From the NCBI GenBank assembly GCA_964514375.1, contig CAZEQH010000002.1, forward strand, positions 3,742 to 67,741: a DNA stretch of 64,000 bases, in the 5' to 3' direction. The notes under the pieces were generated by a model. It made no database searches. It saw only the letters and a list, made by a program, of their open reading frames with translations, and was not told the origin of the DNA. Shown one piece after another: positions 38,991 through 48,172 of this stretch (its first letter is position 1; every line of letters starts with the position of its first letter). Position numbers and translations under genes: made by a program. Origin of the DNA: an uncultured Candidatus Saccharibacteria bacterium (GTDB taxonomy: Bacteria; Patescibacteriota; Minisyncoccia; Minisyncoccales; JANBVM01).

Positions 38991-39947
38991 TTAAATCGTC
39001 TCTACTACCAAGAAAACAATATAAACAAATATAAGGAAGGCCGCTTCCTTTTTAGTGATTTTTCTATCGGTGGCAGAGAAAATCACGAAAAATAGGCAGG
39101 TGGCTACCGTAAATATGTATCCTTTAAAGTAAACAAAGAATTGGGAAACGTCAAAGGGAGAGATAAGAGCGGCCAACCCCAATACCCAGGCAGAATTTAC
39201 TACCACAGACCCCATAACGTCTCCCAGTATCATGCTTTCATGCCCCATAGTAATGGACCTGATACCGAAAGTCAGTTCCGGCAGAGACGTACCCAAAGCC
39301 ACTAATACGGCCCCCATAATAATAAGGGAAAAATTGAAATAAGCTGCTAGCTGGGCGGAAGAATACACTATTCCTTCTGCGCTTACTAGCAGGCAGGCTA
39401 TTCCTAGAAAAAATATCCCCAGATTCTTCAGAAAAAGCTTAAAATGCATCCAGTCCCTCTGGAAATGCCCGCTTAGAACCTTGGTAAATTTTTCTTCCCC
39501 TGACAGCAATTGACCAAAATAAAAGACCAAGGCCAGCATAAGAATAATTCCATCTCCCCGGGAAACATATCCGTCCGACATCAGCAGAATAGGCAGGAGA
39601 CCGTATATTCCGGCATAACTACTGGCTCTCTGCAGTGTAGCACTTTCAAACTTCAGGCTTCCTTTTTTTGAAAGGAATGTGGCAATGCCCACTACCAAGG
39701 TAAGTACTACTATATTGGAACCCATAACCACTCCGAAGGAAAGCTGGGGCTTCCCCTGCAAGGAAGAAGTGATGCTGACAAAGGTTTCAGGCAGGGAAGT
39801 TGAAAAGGCCATCAAAACAGAGGACACTATAAACCTTCTCCATTTTAAAAACTGGGCTATTCTTACCAAGGATCTGACGACCCAAACTCCGGAACGCACC
39901 AGAAGAAAAGAAGAAGCAATAAATATGAGAACGTTAATCCAAACCAT
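38991..39947 (-). CDS. Ca2+/Na+ antiporter (CaCA family)
   Basis: Two TSLPE and GS(N/V) alpha repeats. Confidence 0.9.
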   Translation of the reverse strand: MVWINVLIFIASSFLLVRSGVWVVRSLVRIAQFLKWRRFIVSSVLMAFSTSLPETFVSITSSLQGKPQLSFGVVMGSNIVVLTLVVGIATFLSKKGSLKFESATLQRASSYAGIYGLLPILLMSDGYVSRGDGIILMLALVFYFGQLLSGEEKFTKVLSGHFQRDWMHFKLFLKNLGIFFLGIACLLVSAEGIVYSSAQLAAYFNFSLIIMGAVLVALGTSLPELTFGIRSITMGHESMILGDVMGSVVVNSAWVLGLAALISPFDVSQFFVYFKGYIFTVATCLFFVIFSATDRKITKKEAAFLIFVYIVFLVVETI

Positions 39948-41102
39948 TTATTTTAAGAATGATATTATTTGCAGGGTGAAACCGATGACGAAGACAGAAA
40001 TCAAAAGAAAGGACAGAATTTGGGCGGGCACATCATTTTTCTTTTTGGCCATACTGCGATACATCAGCAGAATCAATATGCCGTCTACACCCAGCATTGC
40101 TCCTCCTCCCAGACTGATTACTGTGATGAAACTCTTTAGTCCTAACAGGAAAATGAAGATGGGAGGCAGGCAAGTAAGCGCCCAGGCCTTGTTTTTACTT
40201 ATATTTAAATCATACCAAAAAACTCTTTTTAATGTCAGCCCCAAGGTAATGAAGGAAGTGAAAGTGGTAAGAATTCCCAGTAATAATACCAGAGTGAACA
40301 TGCCTTCTCCTAAAAAACTTTTAAGACCGGTTAGGGCAGATTCTGTGGTAGCGGGTCCTGTCATGCCGAGTATCAAGTATACGAAGAAAGCGTATATTAA
40401 TATGGGTATCAGGGTAGCTATGGGTATCACCTTCTTTAAAAGATTTTTATCTTTGCCGAGCATTTCCTCTACTTCTGGTATCAAAGCAGCCCCCCAGAGA
40501 GAAAAGAGAACGGCTCCGTAAGGAAGGAAAAAATTATACGCGTTCAATGGCTCTGCGGGAAAAATCAGGTATTCCGTCTTGATTATCGGATAAACCTGCA
40601 TGAAAATCATAATCATGACCGCAAAGAAAAAGATTAAAGACCAGGTTTCCACCTGGGCTATTATTTTAATGCCGAAGAAAATCATAAGGGCACCGGCGGC
40701 AAAATAAAGGAAAGCATAGAAATCATTATTCTGTATCTTCAGCAAAGGATAAAGCACGCTTTTAAGGAAATCCCCTCCCACTATGATATAAGCCAGAATG
40801 GCCCCGTACGTTCCCAGTAAAGAAGAAACCAGGGAAGCTTTCTCTCCCCACTTGCCGAGATGGACTCTGGCAAAACCGGGCAGTCTTTTGAAATCGGGAG
40901 TAGCCACCGCCAGCCGTCCGAAGATAATATGTATTATTCCCACCAGAATTCCTAAAACCGCAAAATAGGCCAGCATAATCGGAAAGCCAACCCTGGAAGC
41001 CAGGTAGGGTAAAGAAAAAATACCAACCCCTATGGTGGTTCCCGAAATGGTGGCTATGGAATAGATGAATTTTTTTGCTTTAGACAAATTCTTTTTTGGC
41101 AA
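39948..41102 (-). CDS. aromatic amino acid / APC-family permease
   Basis: GTTIGVGIFSLPY, YG..L.YI, PYGAVLF; many TM helices. Confidence 0.82.
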   Translation of the reverse strand: MPKKNLSKAKKFIYSIATISGTTIGVGIFSLPYLASRVGFPIMLAYFAVLGILVGIIHIIFGRLAVATPDFKRLPGFARVHLGKWGEKASLVSSLLGTYGAILAYIIVGGDFLKSVLYPLLKIQNNDFYAFLYFAAGALMIFFGIKIIAQVETWSLIFFFAVMIMIFMQVYPIIKTEYLIFPAEPLNAYNFFLPYGAVLFSLWGAALIPEVEEMLGKDKNLLKKVIPIATLIPILIYAFFVYLILGMTGPATTESALTGLKSFLGEGMFTLVLLLGILTTFTSFITLGLTLKRVFWYDLNISKNKAWALTCLPPIFIFLLGLKSFITVISLGGGAMLGVDGILILLMYRSMAKKKNDVPAQILSFLLISVFVIGFTLQIISFLK

Positions 41103-43713
41103 TGAAATGCCATTTTGTTATTTCAATAAGTATTACCTCTACGACGCCCAGTCCTAATATCAGCCCCCAATCCTTTAATGTCAGAGGCACAGTTTTTAAA
41201 AGCGTTTGCAGGATCGGCACGTATATAGCCAACCCCAGGGTTAGCATTCCCATCATTAATGCTATTATCAGAAATCTGTTGGAAAAAGGATTAATATGCC
41301 AGAGATTCTGTCGCAGGCTTTTGCAGGAGAAGGCATAGAATAGAGAATCCACGGACAGGGCGGCGAAAATCATGGTCCTGATGTGTGCGATATTCCGGTC
41401 ATTATGCAGCAGCCAGAAAAATATGCCCAGTAATATGAAATCCGTCAGTATTCCAATAATAAAGATTATTACTTTCATTTCACGGCTTAAAAGAGGGACT
41501 TTATGGCCGGTCGGCTTGCAGGACATAAGGTCTTTTTCTTTCGGTTCAAAGGCGAGGGCAATACCGGGAAGGCCGTCTTCAATCATATTTACCCAAAGAA
41601 TCTGTACTGCCAAAATGGGGAGAGGTACTCCTGCCAGTATGCTGAAACCCACCAGTATGACTTCTGTGAAGCTGTCCGAAAGCAGGTAGGTAATAACCTT
41701 CCTGATATTATCCAGTATGGCCCTTCCTTCCTCTACAGCTTTGATGATTATGGAAAAACTGTCGTTTAAAAGGATGAGGTCAGAAGTTTCTTTGGCCACT
41801 TCCGTGCCGGACCCCAGCGCTACTCCGATATCAGCTTTTTTAAGGGCCGGGGCATCATTGATGCCGTCTCCGGTCATAGCCACCACTTCTCCCCTGTCCT
41901 GCCAGGCCTGTATAATCCTGGTTTTATGCTTGGGCTCTACTCTGGCATAAATCTGTACCTTTTCTAGAATCTGATCGAAATCACGGGCAGACATTGTTTC
42001 CAATTTTCTCCCTTCCAGAATATTCTCCTCCTGCACATCGAATCCCAACTCTTTTCCCACTGCTCTGGCCGTCAGTTTATGATCTCCGGTGGCTATAATA
42101 GGCCTCATGCCAGCCTTTTTACATACCTCAATAGCTTCCTTTACCTCTTCCCTGACAGGGTCATTGATGGTTATAAATCCTGCAAAAATCAAATCCTGGA
42201 TTTCCGATTGAAGACCTTCCTCGGCAGAAGAAATCTTAACTTTTTTGAAAGCCGAAGCCACTACCCTCAATCCTTGATCGGTTAAACCTTCCAGTTTTTC
42301 TTCTATCTTACGGAGAATACTTTCTGAAATCTTTATTTTCCTTTTTCCTCTTTTAATATAAGCGCACTTGTTTATAATTCTCTCGGGAGCTCCGCAGAGA
42401 TAAAAAATATAATTAGTTTTTTCTTTAACCACTGCTCCCACAAATTTATTGACGGTGGTGAACGGCAGCTCCACCACCTTTTCCGCTTTATTATAAAGCT
42501 CATACATGCCCCTTCTTAGTCCTTCTTCCAGCAGGGCTTTGTCTGTAGATCTGCCCCTCACTACCCAATCACCCTCTTTATTCTTTTGATTTTCCACGAA
42601 AGCTTCAGAGGTTAAAACAGACACCTTCAAGGTAAAATCATCATATTTTTTCATGGGTTTTCCGCTCATTTCTTCCGAAGAAATTATTTCGCTTACCTTC
42701 ATCCGGCCCTCGGTAAGGGTACCTGTTTTATCCGTACATATTACAGAAGTACTGCCCAGGGTTTCTGCTGACGATAGTTTCCTTACCAATCCCCCCTCTT
42801 TTAGGATTCTCTGCATTCCCAGGGCCAGTATGACCGTCATGGCTACCGACAATCCTTCCGGTATGGCTGCTACCGCCACCGCTACAGCCGTAATAAACAT
42901 TTCTTTAAAATCGCCTCCAGTAGCCACCCCTTCCAGGAAAACAATAAAAGATATGACGGCAACAACGACACCTATAAGAGAAGAAAGATTGGAAAGTTTT
43001 TTCTGATAAGGCGTCTTTTCTTCCTTGGATTCCTTTATCATCTTGGATATTTTGCCTATTTCGGTATTTTCTCCGGTAGCAGTTACTATTATTCTTCCCT
43101 TTCCGTCTTCCACAACGGTTCCCATATAGACCATGTCATCTCTGTCCGCCAGCGGAGTGGCAGGAGTCAGCAGTTCAATTTTCTTATTTGAAGGCAGCCA
43201 TTCTCCCGTTAACGCCATTTCATTAATTTTCAGGCTGCTGTTCTCAAAAATCCTGCCGTCTGCAGGCACTTTATCTCCGGGATTTAACACTGCAACGTCT
43301 CCAGGCACTAATTCTTCAGAAGCCACTATTTTCAGATTGCCGTCCCTCATCACTTCTGCTTCGTATCTCACTGTTTCTCTGAGGCGCTTTAAGGTTTCGG
43401 ATGCCTTGTTTTCCTGAACAAAACCAACCAATGCATTCAAAAGAACCGCTCCAAAAACCACTATGGAGTCTGTAAATTCTTTCAAGATTAAGGACAAGAT
43501 ACCTGCTATTAAAAGGATATAAATAAGAGGACTCTTAAACTGTTCCAGAAAAATGGTAAAACTGGATAATGGCTGTCCTGCGGCCAGTTCATTTCTGCCG
43601 AAGCTTATAAGGCGCTTTTGTGCCTCTTTCTGGCTTAACCCCTTGGTCTTATCGACCTTACAAGCCTTTTCCACTTCTTTAACTTTTAAACTGTGCCAGA
43701 TAAATTTAGACAT
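41080..43713 (-). CDS. cation-transporting P-type ATPase (Ca2+-type, P2A-like)
   Basis: LTGE, IPEGL, DKTGTLT, TGD, MTGDGINDAPALK. Confidence 0.95.
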   Translation of the reverse strand: MSKFIWHSLKVKEVEKACKVDKTKGLSQKEAQKRLISFGRNELAAGQPLSSFTIFLEQFKSPLIYILLIAGILSLILKEFTDSIVVFGAVLLNALVGFVQENKASETLKRLRETVRYEAEVMRDGNLKIVASEELVPGDVAVLNPGDKVPADGRIFENSSLKINEMALTGEWLPSNKKIELLTPATPLADRDDMVYMGTVVEDGKGRIIVTATGENTEIGKISKMIKESKEEKTPYQKKLSNLSSLIGVVVAVISFIVFLEGVATGGDFKEMFITAVAVAVAAIPEGLSVAMTVILALGMQRILKEGGLVRKLSSAETLGSTSVICTDKTGTLTEGRMKVSEIISSEEMSGKPMKKYDDFTLKVSVLTSEAFVENQKNKEGDWVVRGRSTDKALLEEGLRRGMYELYNKAEKVVELPFTTVNKFVGAVVKEKTNYIFYLCGAPERIINKCAYIKRGKRKIKISESILRKIEEKLEGLTDQGLRVVASAFKKVKISSAEEGLQSEIQDLIFAGFITINDPVREEVKEAIEVCKKAGMRPIIATGDHKLTARAVGKELGFDVQEENILEGRKLETMSARDFDQILEKVQIYARVEPKHKTRIIQAWQDRGEVVAMTGDGINDAPALKKADIGVALGSGTEVAKETSDLILLNDSFSIIIKAVEEGRAILDNIRKVITYLLSDSFTEVILVGFSILAGVPLPILAVQILWVNMIEDGLPGIALAFEPKEKDLMSCKPTGHKVPLLSREMKVIIFIIGILTDFILLGIFFWLLHNDRNIAHIRTMIFAALSVDSLFYAFSCKSLRQNLWHINPFSNRFLIIALMMGMLTLGLAIYVPILQTLLKTVPLTLKDWGLILGLGVVEVILIEITKWHFIAKKEFV

Positions 43714-43868
43714 GTTTATACTTATATTTTAGCGGAAAAACCCTTTTCTTTAAATGGGTACAAGTCCCTACCTATACATGAAACTGCCTAAGCTTCTCCT
43801 CTGTCAAAACAAAAACCTAATTTCATATTTTAAAACAATAAGAAAGCTAAAAATCATACTGATTACTG

Positions 43869-43896
43869 AAAATCACTCCCTGCAGGAGTGATTTTT
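43869..43896 (-). terminator. terminator downstream of tRNA-Glu
   Basis: AAAATCACTCC...GGAGTGATTTT inverted repeat. Confidence 0.65.
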
Positions 43897-43899
43897 CTG

Positions 43900-43972
43900 T
43901 GGCCCCACCGGGAATCGAACCCGGGTTTTGAGGTTGAGAACCTCATGTCCTAGGCCACTAGACGATGGGGCC
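43900..43972 (-). tRNA. tRNA-Glu(CTC)
   Basis: GGCCCCA/TGGGGCC acceptor stem, anticodon loop TTCTCAA, GGTTCGATTCC. Confidence 0.95.
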
Positions 43973-44005
43973 CGATATAGTAATTTACCACAAAAGGTGC
44001 TTTTT

Positions 44006-44575
44006 TCAAGAATAAGACTGCAAAGATTGAGATATTTGCAAAGGATTGATACCCACTATTAAGACCGCAGACACAGCAGCCAGCACGGCATAGAGGCTTT
44101 TTTTATCGGGTGCGGAATTTATCCAAAAGGGTATCACATTACCCTTATAATGAATCTTGAAATTAGTCTTTCCGTTCTGATTCAAGTCGCTGGCCCTTAG
44201 ATTGGCGCCTTCCTGGAAACCGAAAGTTAAAGTATCGGCTCCCGATAAGTCAAATATCTTTTTTAAAGCTTCCTGGTCGTAACAGAAAACCAGTTTCACG
44301 TTTTGAGGGAGAGCTTTAATGAAGTCTAGAACTTTTGACACGTCCTCGTCTCTTACGCTACTGATGATCAGCAGACTACCTTGATTCTCCTTAAAAAGGC
44401 TTTCCTTTGAAGGCATTCTGTCATAATTTGCTTCAAAAACAGAAACCCCCTCTTTTCTACCGTTTTTTTTAAGAAGGTAAGAGAATACTTTTGAAGCCAG
44501 TTCTCTTTTTTCTCCCGTAATTATGACGACAGTATGTTTGTTCCTCCGGCTGTATATTTCTGACGTATTATCCAT
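44006..44575 (-). CDS. degenerate or truncated Mur-ligase-like protein
   Basis: VVIITG lacking the GKT P-loop; TFGF...A...AS; YAVLAA...G; located just after ftsI. Confidence 0.5.
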   Translation of the reverse strand: MDNTSEIYSRRNKHTVVIITGEKRELASKVFSYLLKKNGRKEGVSVFEANYDRMPSKESLFKENQGSLLIISSVRDEDVSKVLDFIKALPQNVKLVFCYDQEALKKIFDLSGADTLTFGFQEGANLRASDLNQNGKTNFKIHYKGNVIPFWINSAPDKKSLYAVLAAVSAVLIVGINPLQISQSLQSYS

Positions 44576-44581
44576 TTGATT

Positions 44582-46225
44582 TTATTCCTGATAGTCAGGA
44601 GGTATTTCGTAAAGATGAATGATAAAGTCCGCCAGTTCTTTGAAAATCGGAATCGCCGAGTATTCGGCCGTATTGGTATTGGGATTATTCAGTTTGACCA
44701 TAATCAGGAATTTAGGATTAAAAGCCGGAGCAAAACCTACGAAGCTTTGGACAGTTTTTTCAGAATATCCTTTCTTGTCAATCCCTAAAGCTCCAAAGGA
44801 AACCTGGGCAGTACCTGTTTTGCCGGCTACAAAGTATCCGGGTATGCCGGCCGCCTTGGCATATCCGTTTTCTACAACGCTGATGAGCATAGCCGTCAGC
44901 TGGGACGCAGTTTTAGAGGAAATAATATGTTCTTCCGGCTTAATGGAATTGTTGTCTACTGCCTTTCCTCCGGATACCACTTTTTGTACGAGGTGAGGAA
45001 TAATAAGTTTCCCCCCGTTGGCGATGGCAGAATAAGCCCTTATCAGTTGAACAGGAGTCATTTCAATTCCCTGGCCGAAGGAGGCTGTAGCAAAATTTAT
45101 TTCCCTTCCCTTCTCCAGTTCCTTGTTAAGAGAATAGGTTTCCTGCATGTCTATTCCGCTGGGCTCCATAAAACCGAATTTCTCAATATATTTAAGAAAA
45201 GAAGTGGGCCCCAGTTTCCTTTCTACGAATACGGCTCCCGTGTTTATTGATTTTTCCAGTACGTTAGTCATGGTCAGGGGTCCCCCGTAAGTCCTCTGTC
45301 CGTAGTTGTAGACGGTAAATCCTGAAATGGTTACAGAACCCTCATCCGTATAAGTGGTGTCGGGAGATATCCTGTTTTCTTCCAGGGCAGCTGCCATAGT
45401 TATAGGTTTGAATACAGACCCCGGTTCAAACAAACCCTGGGTGGAGGGATTTTGAAATATCTCCATATTCCCCTCTTCTGCGTATTTTTCGTAGTTATTG
45501 GGATTAAAATTTTCGAGATTGGCCATAGCCAGAATCTCTCCGGAAACTGGATCTGCGACAATTATCTGGCCGCCTTCTATTTCCAGGTCAATTTTTGCTT
45601 TCTTTAAAAGCTGTTCCGCCTTGAACTGTACTTCATAATCCAATGTTAATACCAAATCACTTCCCTTGGTCTGCTCCATTAATCCGGGTTCCCCCTCCAG
45701 TAAGGGGTCATAAAACTCCTCCAGTCCGTATTGACCTTTCTGTTCCGCTCCAAGAAAGCCCACTACCTGAGACGCCAGCTCTTCTTGCGGATAATATCGA
45801 CCCCTTTCTTCAGCCAGATAGATGCCTTCAATGTCATCAAGCTCCTTAATTTTCGCCACCTCTTCCTCCGTAAGTTTCCTTTTTAGGACGGTATAGAAAT
45901 TATTTTGGCTCATCCTTTCCAGAAGAAATTCTTTATCTAACTGTAAAATCGGGGCCAGTTTATCAGCAGTTCCTTCCAAATCAGTAATCTCTTTGGGCTG
46001 AGCGAATACCAAAAACCAGTTTATGTTGATAGCCAGGGATTTGCCGTCCCTGAGGAATATTTCTCCTCTCTCTGGTCCTTCTTCTGCAAAATTTATATGC
46101 AGTCCTTGGGAAAGGGCCCTATAGAAGTCCCCGTGACGTATTTGAATAAAAACCAAGCGACCGATAACAGCCGCTGAAATAAGAATAAAAAGAATAAAAA
46201 TTAAATTAATTCGCCAGTTTCTCAT
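44582..46225 (-). CDS. ftsI: class B penicillin-binding protein (FtsI/PBP2-type)
   Basis: RGEI, FEPGSVFK, SIN, FGQG, GKTGTAQ; in dcw context. Confidence 0.9.
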   Translation of the reverse strand: MRNWRINLIFILFILISAAVIGRLVFIQIRHGDFYRALSQGLHINFAEEGPERGEIFLRDGKSLAININWFLVFAQPKEITDLEGTADKLAPILQLDKEFLLERMSQNNFYTVLKRKLTEEEVAKIKELDDIEGIYLAEERGRYYPQEELASQVVGFLGAEQKGQYGLEEFYDPLLEGEPGLMEQTKGSDLVLTLDYEVQFKAEQLLKKAKIDLEIEGGQIIVADPVSGEILAMANLENFNPNNYEKYAEEGNMEIFQNPSTQGLFEPGSVFKPITMAAALEENRISPDTTYTDEGSVTISGFTVYNYGQRTYGGPLTMTNVLEKSINTGAVFVERKLGPTSFLKYIEKFGFMEPSGIDMQETYSLNKELEKGREINFATASFGQGIEMTPVQLIRAYSAIANGGKLIIPHLVQKVVSGGKAVDNNSIKPEEHIISSKTASQLTAMLISVVENGYAKAAGIPGYFVAGKTGTAQVSFGALGIDKKGYSEKTVQSFVGFAPAFNPKFLIMVKLNNPNTNTAEYSAIPIFKELADFIIHLYEIPPDYQE

Positions 46226-46315
46226 TACACTTTTCTTTATCAGAATCTCATTGCTTTTCTTTAATGGATTTTACCATATTTTAGACCGGGGGTTTATCTT
46301 TGCCTTCGGATAGTT

Positions 46316-46612
46316 TTACTTGCTGGCCACGGATCCTGCCAATATCTGTATGTACTTTATCTGGTTTGATTTTACGAATTCTCCGCTGGCCAGGTATTTA
46401 TCCACCTGGGAGAGAGAGTCCATTTTGGAGAGATTAATGTCCAGCAGGTCCTTTTTTTCTGCCAGACTGGAAAGTTTTTTTTCGCATTCGGTGAGCAGAT
46501 ATTCCTGTTGGGCTAAATTCCCAATCTGGAAGATATAAAAAGCTGCCAGTAAGAAAAATAAAATAACAGTGGGTATCCAGACCAGACTTACGGTTAAAGA
46601 TTTGGTTCTCAT
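46316..46612 (-). CDS. FtsL-like cell division protein
   Basis: TM plus coiled coil, located between rsmH and ftsI. Confidence 0.6.
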   Translation of the reverse strand: MRTKSLTVSLVWIPTVILFFLLAAFYIFQIGNLAQQEYLLTECEKKLSSLAEKKDLLDINLSKMDSLSQVDKYLASGEFVKSNQIKYIQILAGSVASK

Positions 46613-47484
46613 AATTTTATTGCCGCCCTCAGCTTGGCGCTTCGGGAACGGGGATTATTAATAATTTCCTCCCTAGATGGGACCATTGGTTTCTTAATTA
46701 AAAGTTTTATATTACCCTCCTGTGACTGTTTTTTGAAATAGTTTTTTACAATCTTGTCTTCTAAGGAATGAAAGGAAATAATTACCATCTTTCCTCCCTT
46801 TTCCAGGATATCCTGGGCTTGAGGAAGAGCTTTTTCCAATGATTCCAATTCTTCGTTCACAGTTATTCTTAAGGCCTGGAAGGTCTTGGTGGCAAAGTGT
46901 CTTTTCCGATAGCGATACCAGGGGGGTACTGCCCTTCTAATGATTTCCACCAATTGTAAAGTAGTCGTTATGCCGGTGCGTTTTCTTTCTTCAACTATCC
47001 TGCGGGCTATTCTTTTGGCAAACCTTTCCTGACCGTAATCTCTGAGTACCTTGGCAATCTCTGCAGCTGGACTTTTGTTTACTATGGCTGAGGCGGTCCT
47101 GTCAGTGAATTCTTCGCTGTACCGCATGTCCAAAGGTTCTTCTTTCTGGAAAGAGAACCCTCTTCCGCTTTCCTTCAAATGCCAGCTGCAGAGGCCTAGG
47201 TCGAATAAGATGCCTTGTGCTGGTGCGAAATTCCTCCCTCTTACTATCTTTTTCAGATTAACGTAAGAGTCATTCACCAGTACCAGTCTTTCCTTATTCA
47301 GTTTTTTTAACCTCCTATATATTTCAGGGGTCAACTCGATTCCCAATACCTTTCCTTGAGGCTTGTTCTTCTCAAGGATGGAGAAGCTGTGTCCCGCCTC
47401 TCCAATTGTAGCGTCGACAAAATTTTGATTGGATTCAGGATTTAAAAATTCTATGACCTCTTTTTTAAAAACGCTCGTGTGCAT
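46609..47484 (-). CDS. rsmH: 16S rRNA m4C1402 methyltransferase
   Basis: DATIG.AGHS, FDLG, RGFSF...PLDMR, FQALRI.VN.E, ISFHSLED, NPRSRSAKLR. Confidence 0.96.
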   Translation of the reverse strand: MHTSVFKKEVIEFLNPESNQNFVDATIGEAGHSFSILEKNKPQGKVLGIELTPEIYRRLKKLNKERLVLVNDSYVNLKKIVRGRNFAPAQGILFDLGLCSWHLKESGRGFSFQKEEPLDMRYSEEFTDRTASAIVNKSPAAEIAKVLRDYGQERFAKRIARRIVEERKRTGITTTLQLVEIIRRAVPPWYRYRKRHFATKTFQALRITVNEELESLEKALPQAQDILEKGGKMVIISFHSLEDKIVKNYFKKQSQEGNIKLLIKKPMVPSREEIINNPRSRSAKLRAAIKL

Positions 47485-47915
47485 TAGATTCCCAGCTCTT
47501 CCAGTTTGCCGGGCATGTCTTCTATTTCCTTTTCTTTATTCTGCCTGTACTGTTTCCACTTGGTTTCATCCCATACTTCAATCTTATTGGAGAGGCCTAT
47601 TACCACCACGTTTTTTTTCAAAGAAGCGTATTCTTTTAAATAATCAGGTATTAAAATTCTTCCCAGTTTATCCAAGGTGACGTCTACTGCCCCCGAAAGA
47701 ATCAATCTGACGAAGCCTCTGGCGTCTATCTTGGTGCTGGGAAGGTTTTCCAGTTTTTTGGCTAGTGTTTTCCATTCCCCCATTGGATAAAGGGTCAGAC
47801 AACTGTCTATACCGCGGGTTACTACTGCCTTTTTACCTAAATCCCCTCTGAACTTAGAAGGTATGGCTAATCTTTTTTTGCTGTCTATAGTATGTGAGTA
47901 TTCTCCTATGAACAT
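47484..47915 (-). CDS. mraZ: division/cell-wall cluster repressor MraZ
   Basis: MFIGEY...D.K.RL.IP.KFR, LD..GRILIP. Confidence 0.96.
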   Translation of the reverse strand: MFIGEYSHTIDSKKRLAIPSKFRGDLGKKAVVTRGIDSCLTLYPMGEWKTLAKKLENLPSTKIDARGFVRLILSGAVDVTLDKLGRILIPDYLKEYASLKKNVVVIGLSNKIEVWDETKWKQYRQNKEKEIEDMPGKLEELGI

Positions 47916-47921
47916 GCTGGG

Positions 47922-48074
47922 TTATCCACAGTTGGAGAGGGTTATTAACATAGTTATCCACTATCCCCCACCTCTAATCACATTATCTCCACTTTTGAGG
48001 TTATAGTCAACCGGTTATACCACTTATCAGGAAAATAAATATAAAATAAGGTACTTGTCCACAGGAAATCCACA
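47922..48074. promoter_or_regulatory. mraZ promoter region with DnaA-box-like and MraZ-box-like sites
   Basis: TTATCCACA at 47922 plus near-matches at 47942, 47954, 48055 and 48066; GTG repeats on the minus strand at ~10-nt spacing (47959..47992). Confidence 0.6.
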
Positions 48075-48172
48075 GCCCGGCATAGGAAAATAACCCCATA
48101 ATCAGACCGAAAACAAAAAAGCCTCCTTATTTACAGGAAACTGTATTATAAAACCTTATTAGTGTATTTGTC

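Noticed and set aside
39679-40521. 280-aa plus-strand ORF and many other antisense ORFs in the track
   Set aside because: They lie opposite well-supported genes and carry no motifs, so they are shadow frames
47922-48074. Possible oriC
   Set aside because: No dnaA or dnaN nearby and gene orientation does not switch; regulatory boxes are more likely, though skew was not computed
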